IMG/VR virus record: IMGVR_UViG_3300006028_000002
Coordinates: 24,064-88,063 of that record
Reading direction: 5' to 3' (one strand)
Source of the DNA: a virus
DNA: 64,000 nt
The number at the start of each line of letters is the position of its first letter. Position 1 is the stretch's first letter. The notes beneath the pieces are model-generated. The model searched no databases. It saw only the letters and a list, made by a program, of their open reading frames with translations, and was not told where the DNA came from. Below, in pieces: positions 55,450 to 62,617 of this stretch. A program made the translations under genes and the position numbers.

Positions 55450-55682
55450 CCCGTCCACCGTTCCCTCCCATCGGCGTGCCGGATACGCAGGCCGAATCCA
55501 GTATGCGTGACTGGCGCGCTCACCCGCTCCGTGATCGGTCCCGGGGTCTCACCCTCTGGCTGAGGTTTAGGCTTGCCCTCCGGTTTGGGCTCGAGGGCAA
55601 CCGGTACCGGAGGTGGCGCCGAGTTACCCAGCACCTCCAGCGACACCGGGACAAGCCCGAACAATGACAGGGTGATTTTCAT
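55446..55682 (-). CDS. Hypothetical protein
   Basis: MKITLSLFG...GFG; TGATG overlap. Confidence 0.55.
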   Translation of the reverse strand: MKITLSLFGLVPVSLEVLGNSAPPPVPVALEPKPEGKPKPQPEGETPGPITERVSAPVTHTGFGLRIRHADGRERWTG

Positions 55683-55837
55683 CAGACCACCAGCACGGCA
55701 AAACAGAATGCCAGGATAAAGAGCACCACGGCCAAGATAATCGATATCATGGATGGTGTCGGACCCGGCAACAAATGTGCTGCGGCGAAAAACACCAACC
55801 CCAGCGCGATAAGCGCCGGATAAAGCGCAGCGTGCAT
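55682..55837 (-). CDS. Small 2-TM protein (51 aa)
   Basis: RBS aggagg; MHAALYPALIALGLVFF... Confidence 0.6.
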   Translation of the reverse strand: MHAALYPALIALGLVFFAAAHLLPGPTPSMISIILAVVLFILAFCFAVLVV

Positions 55838-55849
55838 GCTCACCGCCTC

Positions 55850-55966
55850 CTAACCGAATATCCCGTGCAGAATGCCCAGCATAGCTGCGGTGAATAGCAC
55901 GAAAACAAGAATCAAGAGCATCGCCTGGCACAACTCACGGCACCAGTCAAACCAGCGCGACTCCAT
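55850..55966 (-). CDS. Small 1-TM protein (38 aa)
   Basis: TGATG overlap; MESRWFDWCRELCQAMLLILVFV... Confidence 0.5.
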   Translation of the reverse strand: MESRWFDWCRELCQAMLLILVFVLFTAAMLGILHGIFG

Positions 55967-56163
55967 CAGTCTTGATCAAACGGCGCAACGTTGGTGTCCG
56001 ACTCCGGATCATTGTCACCGCCGTCAAACTTCCCACGATCAACATCTGGCGCTGCGCCACTGTCATCCGCGTCGCGAACCACGCCGGGTCGCCGCACCGC
56101 CCGACCAAGCACCCCACGGCGCCCTGGGGGCACCGCACTACGCCTGCTAGCACCCGGACGCAT
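55966..56163 (-). CDS. Arg-leader/acidic-tail family member E
   Basis: RBS aggagg; MRPGASRR...GVVR then DADDS. Confidence 0.7.
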   Translation of the reverse strand: MRPGASRRSAVPPGRRGVLGRAVRRPGVVRDADDSGAAPDVDRGKFDGGDNDPESDTNVAPFDQD

Positions 56164-56332
56164 TCGCGCCACCTCCTGCTGCATCGTCGTCGCCGTCATC
56201 GTCGCGGGTCACCTGCGGAGTGGCATCGGCAGCCGCCTCATCCGCCCGAGTCGTCCACTGGCCACCGCGGATAGGCCGCCGGGTATGCAGCGGCACCGCA
56301 CTGCGCAGACTACGCACACCGGTCCGTTTCAT
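56147..56332 (-). CDS. Arg-leader/acidic-tail family member F
   Basis: MKRTGVRSLR...WTTR ADE...QVTR DDD; TGATG overlap. Confidence 0.65.
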   Translation of the reverse strand: MKRTGVRSLRSAVPLHTRRPIRGGQWTTRADEAAADATPQVTRDDDGDDDAAGGGANASGC

Positions 56333-56601
56333 CAGTCATCATCATCCTTTTTTGGAATGGTGTCGTTATCGTGGTCGGTGTCGTCGTCCTTTTTCTCGTC
56401 TTCGGCGCGAGCCTCCAGGGCCTCTTTACCGTCTTTGTGCTCGTCGCTCTGTTTCGGATCTTTATCTTTATCGTCACTGTCGTCATCGGCACGGCGGACC
56501 GGAATGCTCACCGGGGCACTACGGGTTGTCTGCACCGCTGGCGACTGGCGCGTCACAACGCGCGGAATCGCATTACGACTGACTGCTGTTGTTCGTTTCA
56601 T
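56332..56601 (-). CDS. Arg-leader/acidic-tail family member G
   Basis: MKRTTAVSR...IPVRR then ADDDSDDKDK; RBS agggga (alternative start 56685). Confidence 0.7.
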   Translation of the reverse strand: MKRTTAVSRNAIPRVVTRQSPAVQTTRSAPVSIPVRRADDDSDDKDKDPKQSDEHKDGKEALEARAEDEKKDDDTDHDNDTIPKKDDDD

Positions 56602-56681
56602 GTCGTCCCCTAAAGCTAATCGTGACCACCGGGTGGACTTATAGCGCGTACTCGGCGGCATGGTCGGCATCCCGCGGATAG

Positions 56682-56855
56682 TCATGCACTACTCGCTGAG
56701 CTGGCCCGGCCGATGTTGACTTCCGCAGCGGGTGTCCCCAGTGGGTGTTCCGCCTTCTCCTGCATCAACAGGTGCGCCTGATGTGTATCCCCATGCGCAT
56801 CCGGGTAACGGGTGACGATGCTGCGGCGCTGCTGACGCCCGGTGGATCGCCTCAT
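56682..56855 (-). CDS. Arg-leader family member H (57 aa)
   Basis: RBS aggagg; MRRSTGRQQRRSIVTR YPDAHGD; ATGA overlaps both sides. Confidence 0.6.
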   Translation of the reverse strand: MRRSTGRQQRRSIVTRYPDAHGDTHQAHLLMQEKAEHPLGTPAAEVNIGRASSASSA

Positions 56856-57364
56856 GCTGATGCCTCCTGCCAGTTATCGCCGATACCAAACATGACCGCC
56901 TGAGCCAAGCCCAACCAACCCGCGCTCGGCAACGTCATGTGCTCGCCGTTGATGACGAGTGCCTCCAGCTCAGCCCGGCTGATGTGCAGCTCGGTAACCA
57001 GCACGCCGGCCACGTAGTCGAGGGTCGCGGCGGACGGGGCCCGGGACAACCGATAGCGGTACAGCCGCCGGAGCAGCTCGATCGGCTCGCCCAGATAGGT
57101 CAGGCCAGCGTAATTGCGCTCCGGAGCGAACCCCCAGGGCACCAGCACGACCGCCCAGCGGCCGGAACTCTCCGCCGAACCGTAGAGGGCCTGGCACTGG
57201 CCGGCGTGGCGCGCATCCGGCTCATTGGCATACAGCGCGCGCATCTGGCTCTGGGCCGAGTCCTCTGAATCGTGGCACGCGATGATCTCACCAGAGCCAC
57301 TCTTGATGACGGCCCACGGTTTCGCTGGCGGACAGTCGTCGGACCGCTCCACTTTCCACGGCAT
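56852..57364 (-). CDS. Head-morphogenesis-associated hypothetical protein
   Basis: MPWKV...WAVIK...ACHDSEDSAQSQMRALYANE; RBS ggag. Confidence 0.65.
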   Translation of the reverse strand: MPWKVERSDDCPPAKPWAVIKSGSGEIIACHDSEDSAQSQMRALYANEPDARHAGQCQALYGSAESSGRWAVVLVPWGFAPERNYAGLTYLGEPIELLRRLYRYRLSRAPSAATLDYVAGVLVTELHISRAELEALVINGEHMTLPSAGWLGLAQAVMFGIGDNWQEASA

Positions 57365-57368
57365 CGCT

Positions 57369-57617
57369 TTAGTCTCCGCCCACCGGGGCACCAGGGCCAG
57401 CGCACAAGCCAAAACAATCTTTAAGACCCATGGACCCTAAAATGGTGTCGTCCTGTTTAATCTCGCTTCCTTCGGCAAGCTCGCCCTCTTCTTTCCGACC
57501 TTTCGGCTCATCAAAACCGAATTTAGTAATCGAGGCGCCCGTGCTCGGTAACTGGCGTGCCATGCCACGTCGGGGCGCACCCAGTGATGCTCGAGAAGTA
57601 CTACGCCGCATGGACAT
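57369..57617 (-). CDS. Arg-leader/acidic-tail family member I
   Basis: MSMRRSTSR...PRRGMAR; acidic middle; TGATG overlap. Confidence 0.6.
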   Translation of the reverse strand: MSMRRSTSRASLGAPRRGMARQLPSTGASITKFGFDEPKGRKEEGELAEGSEIKQDDTILGSMGLKDCFGLCAGPGAPVGGD

Positions 57618-58000
57618 CACCCACTACCATCAGGATTGTGATCGCCGTGGCCGATGTAATACGCGAGACTCGGATCGGATTCTTTCATCGCCTCCGGATC
57701 CTCCGCATATTTGGCGTCCAGCATGTCCGCGTTGGAATTAGGATCCGGCGGAGGTGACAAACCCATATCCTGAGCCGCATCACGGCACAACTGTCCCCGA
57801 GAGCCGGCCCGCTCCGGATCCTCACCATTGCCCCGGTCATCGTGGGCCTCACCGTTCGGTCCGGTAGAGGGCACCGATCCGGGGGGCGCGTCCGCGTCAT
57901 CGTCCACCCAGAACTTATCGCCCCGGCGCAGCGCGACACGCACAACAGGGCGCCCGGTAGAGGTTCGACGCATTCCGGGTATCGCGGTGGTCCGTCTCAT
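57617..58000 (-). CDS. Arg-leader/acidic-tail family member J
   Basis: RBS agggag; MRRTTAIPGMRR...VALRR then GDKFWVDDDAD. Confidence 0.7.
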   Translation of the reverse strand: MRRTTAIPGMRRTSTGRPVVRVALRRGDKFWVDDDADAPPGSVPSTGPNGEAHDDRGNGEDPERAGSRGQLCRDAAQDMGLSPPPDPNSNADMLDAKYAEDPEAMKESDPSLAYYIGHGDHNPDGSG

Positions 58001-58012
58001 GAGGGCTCCCTT

Positions 58013-58219
58013 TTAATACCAGCTGTTGAGTGGGTCATCGCCCTTGGACTCCTCGCCCGCAAGCTCGTCACCGCTGCCCATGGTGCCAGGGGACACATCC
58101 GACTCGAATGGCTCGTCTGATTCGCCAAAAGCGTTATATGTGCGCCGCACCCGGACATCCTGTACTCGCCGGCTGACCAAACCCAGCGCCCGGTTTCTGG
58201 CAACATTGTTTCGGCGCAT
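58013..58219 (-). CDS. Arg-leader/acidic-tail family member K
   Basis: RBS gagga; MRRNNVARNR...VRVRR then TYNAFGESDE. Confidence 0.7.
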   Translation of the reverse strand: MRRNNVARNRALGLVSRRVQDVRVRRTYNAFGESDEPFESDVSPGTMGSGDELAGEESKGDDPLNSWY

Positions 58220-58480
58220 CTAGTCCTCGATCCTCACGACTCGGTAACGCTCCGCTGATTCGGCGAACACCCCGGACGCATTTGTATTACTCAAACTGAT
58301 GCACAGCACATCATCAGCTAAGCGTGCGTAGACCTGGCCCACAAACACACCGTTACGAAAATGCGCCTCACCAAACCCGTACTCATCCAACCATTCACTC
58401 AAGATGCTCACGGCTACCAGCTGCGGGACGCGAGGCCCCGGGTCTCCCAGATCGGGCGGACGCGCCGGGTCGGATGCCAA
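58220..58480 (-). CDS. Hypothetical protein
   Basis: Fits operon; start uncertain. Confidence 0.5.
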   Translation of the reverse strand: MASDPARPPDLGDPGPRVPQLVAVSILSEWLDEYGFGEAHFRNGVFVGQVYARLADDVLCISLSNTNASGVFAESAERYRVVRIED

Positions 58481-58764
58481 CCCAGCCTGCGGCGCAGATC
58501 ATTCGACAGCCGCACATTGCAGCCGAAATGACAGGGGGTGTGATTCGCCGGGTCCATGGGGTCGCCGCCGATCCACAACTCGACAATGTGGTGCACGGTC
58601 GGGGCCATCGGATGCCGCGGGTTGATCTTACGCAGGCCGTAGTCGATGCGACCCCCGCAGCCATAACAGGGCGTGGCATTGAGCTCGCCGGCCTCCAGAC
58701 AGGCATTCTGCGCTTTGTACCAGCGGTGACCTTTGCGCCCGGCCGAGGGATACGCGGTAGCCAT
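58414..58764 (-). CDS. Packaging-type HNH endonuclease
   Basis: CYGCG..ID, TVHHIV, GGDPMDPAN, HFGCN. Confidence 0.85.
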   Translation of the reverse strand: MATAYPSAGRKGHRWYKAQNACLEAGELNATPCYGCGGRIDYGLRKINPRHPMAPTVHHIVELWIGGDPMDPANHTPCHFGCNVRLSNDLRRRLGWHPTRRVRPIWETRGLASRSW

Positions 58765-58799
58765 TGCGCACCCCCGGGTAAGTCCAAGATCATTTTGAA

Positions 58800-59020
58800 C
58801 CGCACAATTTTAGTCCAGAGATTTTAAGGCATAGGGATAGCACATCCTCGATCGCGAACTCTAAAAAAACGAAAACATTTAACGCCCGCGTCGCGATCAT
58901 GAAACAAAGTATTATCCCCACCGCGCTCATTACCCTATGTAATGTCACCCTGAGTAGCAGTGGAAAGAGTCACGAAACGTAACTACCCACGTTTGGTAAT
59001 TGGTTTTCCAGCCCAGCTTG
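58800..59020. other. AT-rich non-coding region, candidate cos/packaging site
   Basis: GATCGCGA...TCGCGATC inverted repeat (58850-58898) around an A7 tract; next to HNH. Confidence 0.35.
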
Positions 59021-59045
59021 CTAGCGCACCGCTGCTGCGGCCATG

Positions 59046-59441
59046 TCACGTAGCGTCATCAGGGCCAGAGTCGTAGCTGGTGGTGCTCTCAGTATCCAGG
59101 TGGTTGTGATCTGCGGAGTTGCCCGAGTTGGACACACCAGGCACCTGTACCTGGTCGGCAGCGTCGTTGGTGAAGCTGTAGCTGAACTCGCGGCGCGCCA
59201 TGGGGCGCCCATCACCCAGCAGTAGCGCCGCAGCAGCGGCACCAGCACCCAGGCCGGCTGACTGCCAGTCCACCGACTCCTGCTCATGCGTACCAGGACG
59301 CGCCTCGCCGGTACGGCCCGCGGCGACTGCTGCTGACGCGCTCGGCAGCGTGGGATCGACGTCACTAGGTGTGGTCGGTGGGTGTCCGCCGCGCCGCATC
59401 GGCGTGCGCACGGTGGATCGGTTTGCCCGGGTGTATCGCAT
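59046..59441 (-). CDS. Arg-leader/acidic-tail family member L
   Basis: RBS gaaagg; MRYTRANR...PMRR; GHPPTTPS; EARPGTHEQES. Confidence 0.7.
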   Translation of the reverse strand: MRYTRANRSTVRTPMRRGGHPPTTPSDVDPTLPSASAAVAAGRTGEARPGTHEQESVDWQSAGLGAGAAAAALLLGDGRPMARREFSYSFTNDAADQVQVPGVSNSGNSADHNHLDTESTTSYDSGPDDAT

Positions 59442-59525
59442 TGCGATCACGCCTTTCCGCTGTATGACTATGCAGCGCGCAGTGCGCACCCCACCAGGAA
59501 TCCACGATACTGTAGACATATCGTG

Positions 59526-59534
59526 TGCTAGAAT
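59526..59534 (+). promoter_or_regulatory. Extended -10 for leaderless recombinase transcript
   Basis: TGC-TAGAAT 7 nt before ATG 59542. Confidence 0.55.
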
Positions 59535-59541
59535 TTGTCAC

Positions 59542-60528
59542 ATGGAGATCCTCCCGGCACCCATGCCGGACCACGAAACCACGCGCCTGTCCACCATTGA
59601 GACCGCGGCTAAAGCTCTACTCAATTCAGACCTAGCCGAGAACAGCCGCCGAGCGTTCGCCACCGACTGGCGCCACTGGCAACAATTTTGCGCAAACGAA
59701 AACATCGACCCGCTATGCGTATCCTCTGGCCTGCTGGTTGCGTTCGTAACCTGTCTTGCACACGACACGCCAGCCCGCAAAGCTCAATCGCCCGCCACTC
59801 TCCAGAGACGGCTAGCAGGAGTACTGCACGGATGGAAGCAAGCCGGGTGCACCATTCCACACGCAATTAGCGCCGACGCGCTCCGCATCATCCGCTCCTA
59901 CGAGCGAAACCTACGTCGAGAAAACCTCCCCACCGGACGCGGTAGCGCTCCGGCGATCACCATTGATGACCTACGCAAAATCTCTGCGACTTGTCCCAGC
60001 TCACTCGCGGGGATGCGCGACCGAGCATTAATTTTGCTTGGTTTCGCTATCGGAGCTCGCAGATCTGAGTTGGCCGCGCTGCTCGTCACCGATATCAAAG
60101 TCACAGACGAGGGATTAGTCGTAACCCTCCGAGACTCCAAAACCGGATATCGACAACCCCACGTACTGCCTGGCACCGATGGGCTGACCTGTCCCGTACG
60201 CGCCTGGCTAGCTTGGCGCTTCGCTGCGGAGCTTACTGAAGGGTCTGCATTTTGGATGGTGAACAAACACGGAGATCTTGTCCGACCACTGACCCCGCAG
60301 GCAGTCGGCAACATCGTCACTCAAGCGGGCAACCGGGCAGGATGCGCCGCGCGGTTCACTGGGCACTCGCTACGAGCTGGACTGGCCACCGAGGCGCGCA
60401 AGGCCGGGCACGACCGCTGGGCCATCGCAGACCAGGGCGGATGGCAACGCAACTCAGCCGTGCTCGACAGGTACATACAGATCGTAGATCGCTGGTCCGA
60501 CAACGCACTCAAGGGGATAGGTCTCTAA
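59542..60528 (+). CDS. Cre-like tyrosine recombinase
   Basis: AENSRRAFATDW, RDRALILLGFAIGARRSEL, SKT, HSLRAG, QGGW, RY. Confidence 0.9.
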   Translation: MEILPAPMPDHETTRLSTIETAAKALLNSDLAENSRRAFATDWRHWQQFCANENIDPLCVSSGLLVAFVTCLAHDTPARKAQSPATLQRRLAGVLHGWKQAGCTIPHAISADALRIIRSYERNLRRENLPTGRGSAPAITIDDLRKISATCPSSLAGMRDRALILLGFAIGARRSELAALLVTDIKVTDEGLVVTLRDSKTGYRQPHVLPGTDGLTCPVRAWLAWRFAAELTEGSAFWMVNKHGDLVRPLTPQAVGNIVTQAGNRAGCAARFTGHSLRAGLATEARKAGHDRWAIADQGGWQRNSAVLDRYIQIVDRWSDNALKGIGL

Positions 60529-60530
60529 GT

Positions 60531-60714
60531 TCAGTCGCGCGGCGGCTGGTGCTAGCATGCCCGCCGAGCGGTAGGAGTCCGCTCGCAGTGAACAGCAGTG
60601 GAAGTGGTGACGGCCACCTCAGTGGCAGCAGGCCAGGGCTGTATGGATGCGCCCATGTCAACGGCGCTACCGGGAAGGCCCTGGCCTTTCCCATGGGCGT
60701 GCGCACGCGACCGA
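60531..60714. other. Highly structured non-coding element (candidate ncRNA or recombination site)
   Basis: Closing stem 60531-41/60704-14 enclosing four hairpins. Confidence 0.45.
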
Positions 60715-60769
60715 GAGAGAATCTACGGGGCGAAGCACTCACCCGCGCTGATCAGCAACGATGCACTGA

Positions 60770-60952
60770 CTAAATGTCCAGCAGGTCCACGCAGTTGGCC
60801 AGGTTGACCAGGCCGGATCCCCCGCAGTTGGTGAACTCGTGATGGTGGCTGTTTTCGGTGATCGGGCCACTGTTGGTGGTGTCGGCAGCCGCGTACGCTG
60901 CACCGCCCAGCATGAGGCCAGCCACCAGGGCAGCACTCAGCAAAATCCTCAT
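60770..60952 (-). CDS. Small secreted peptide with Cys pair
   Basis: Signal peptide MRILLSAALVAGLMLGGAAYAAA; CGGSGLVNLANCVDLLDI. Confidence 0.7.
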   Translation of the reverse strand: MRILLSAALVAGLMLGGAAYAAADTTNSGPITENSHHHEFTNCGGSGLVNLANCVDLLDI

Positions 60953-61027
60953 CGGTGTCACCCTTCAGTCGCGGACCGTCGAATTGATCGGAACGGATAA
61001 GATCAGTACCCCGCGCCCAGTGCGGAA

Positions 61028-61333
61028 TCACGCAACCGGGGCAGAAGGCGCCGCGGAAACGGGCGGAGTGACCGGTATCGGCATCGTCGTCACTACCGGG
61101 GCCGGCATCGGGGTTGGGCTCGCGGTGGCTTTAATCGCCGCATGGCTGGCGGTAATGGTGGCCAGCTGTCCGGCGCCGCTCACATGCGCTTTGAATCCGC
61201 TCACCGTACCCGCGATCGTGGTCTGCGCCGGGTCCATGCCAAGACTGCGGCAGGCGGCGATGAAATTCTCCAGATCGGCCAGCGTGAGCGCGCCAGAATC
61301 GCTGCCCTCAGACAAGCTGCGCATCTGACTCAC
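61028..61333 (-). CDS. Hypothetical protein
   Basis: GALTLADLENFIAAC; GTGA overlap. Confidence 0.55.
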   Translation of the reverse strand: MSQMRSLSEGSDSGALTLADLENFIAACRSLGMDPAQTTIAGTVSGFKAHVSGAGQLATITASHAAIKATASPTPMPAPVVTTMPIPVTPPVSAAPSAPVA

Positions 61334-61536
61334 CGGCCGAAATGCACATTGATGCTCGGCATGACGTCACTGAGGAAACTTTCTTCCTCATGCGTACCGG
61401 GTGCAGCCTCATCCTCGCGCGCTTTGATTTTAAGCGCCTCGGTGGGCGTAGTGGGCGCATGCCCCGAGCTTCCGGCACTACCGCGAGCAGTCGATGACAC
61501 ACCGCGTCGCCCGGCAACACCCGATGATCTGCGCAT
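61330..61536 (-). CDS. Arg-leader/acidic-tail family member M, paralog of L
   Basis: MRRSSGVAGRR; GHAPTTPT; EAAPGTHEEES. Confidence 0.7.
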   Translation of the reverse strand: MRRSSGVAGRRGVSSTARGSAGSSGHAPTTPTEALKIKAREDEAAPGTHEEESFLSDVMPSINVHFGR

Positions 61537-61615
61537 AGGGAGATCCCCCCTGTTTCTCGATTGATGGGAGTTCAGAGGATGGATGTCGCCGGGCGCGGGC
61601 GCGCTCAGTGCTCGA

Positions 61616-61789
61616 TCAGTCGTCCCAGCACCAGCGATTCTCCCAGCAGAACCGGCGCCAGTTCCAGCAGCACTGGTAATGCCCGCGGTGGTGCTGCGGC
61701 CGGCGCCAGCGGTCATCACGGTCGTGGTCGTGATCGTTGCGCCCGCCGAGCGAGTTCAGGCCCATAGTGAAGGCGTCAGAAACCTGCAT
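61616..61789 (-). CDS. Small Trp/Cys/Arg-rich peptide (57 aa)
   Basis: RBS gggag; MQVSDAFTMGLNSLGG...YQCCWNWRRFCWENRWCWDD. Confidence 0.6.
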   Translation of the reverse strand: MQVSDAFTMGLNSLGGRNDHDHDRDDRWRRPQHHRGHYQCCWNWRRFCWENRWCWDD

Positions 61790-62164
61790 CGTGCGACTCT
61801 CCCCGTCGTAGGTTGCGTGCCACGTCGAGTATCGCGCGAGCACCGCTGACAGTTACCTGCGTTCCAGCTCTATGTCAGCTGGTGGCGAACCACCCTCACG
61901 GCAAACGTGTGACCTGCGTCACAAAAGCACCTGGGCAGGTATCAACAGAGTGGACAACACCATCAACCACAACAGCAACTCAGCCGTGACCACCAGCAGA
62001 CCCAACGCAAGCACCCGGCACACCCACACGTCACACACCCCCGCCGCTCGCTCGCTACAGGGGTTTGCGCCGCTGGTCAGGGACCACTACGCCGGCGAAA
62101 TCAAGATCAGATGAGGGATCGCTCAGCCAGTCAGAAGTGACAACACTTCGATCCTGGCTTCCCA

Positions 62165-62617
62165 TTAGGTCAACGCCTCGATATGAGCCAGCAAAGCTAG
62201 CCCCGGCCGGAACCACTCACAACGCGCACCTAAGAACTCAGCAAACTGATCATGACGCTGCGTCTCAAGTTCCTCGGTGCCAGGCTCGGTAGCCAGCAAC
62301 ACTGCATCGGGCGGATACGCCTTAAGTCGTTGATCTATCCGGCGAGTATGGCCAATCTTGATCAAATCACCTACACGCAGGTAGTAGACCACACCCGGAC
62401 AGGATGCACGTGCCACTTCTTGCAGTGCCAAAGTCGCTGAACGTAACTCCACACTACCCATGAACGCACTGACATTCTGATTAACAAACTCAACGACGTG
62501 CGCCAGATGCACAACACACAAGGGAACGGGGCATGAAGCAATCGGAGCCTTCCGGCACCGTGAACCAGCCGGGCCACGGTACGCACACGGGGGACAGGAC
62601 TCCTGAGTTAAGGCCAT
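62165..62617 (-). CDS. GIY-YIG (T5orf172-like) protein with N-terminal zinc finger
   Basis: RBS ggagg; VYYLRVGDLIKIGHT, EPG, RHDQF, EWF. Confidence 0.8.
   Translation of the reverse strand: MALTQESCPPCAYRGPAGSRCRKAPIASCPVPLCVVHLAHVVEFVNQNVSAFMGSVELRSATLALQEVARASCPGVVYYLRVGDLIKIGHTRRIDQRLKAYPPDAVLLATEPGTEELETQRHDQFAEFLGARCEWFRPGLALLAHIEALT

Noticed and set aside
59200-59541. Long N-terminal extension of the recombinase in the ORF track
   Set aside because: Overlaps family member L on the opposite strand; the extended -10 supports a start at 59542
60531-60714. Cobalamin riboswitch (GCCAC and GGGAAG fragments)
   Set aside because: Core elements are not in the right order on one strand, and the element lies between convergent 3' ends
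48322-61536. MRR starts as Tat signal peptides
   Set aside because: No RRxFL consensus, no hydrophobic h-region and no AxA site
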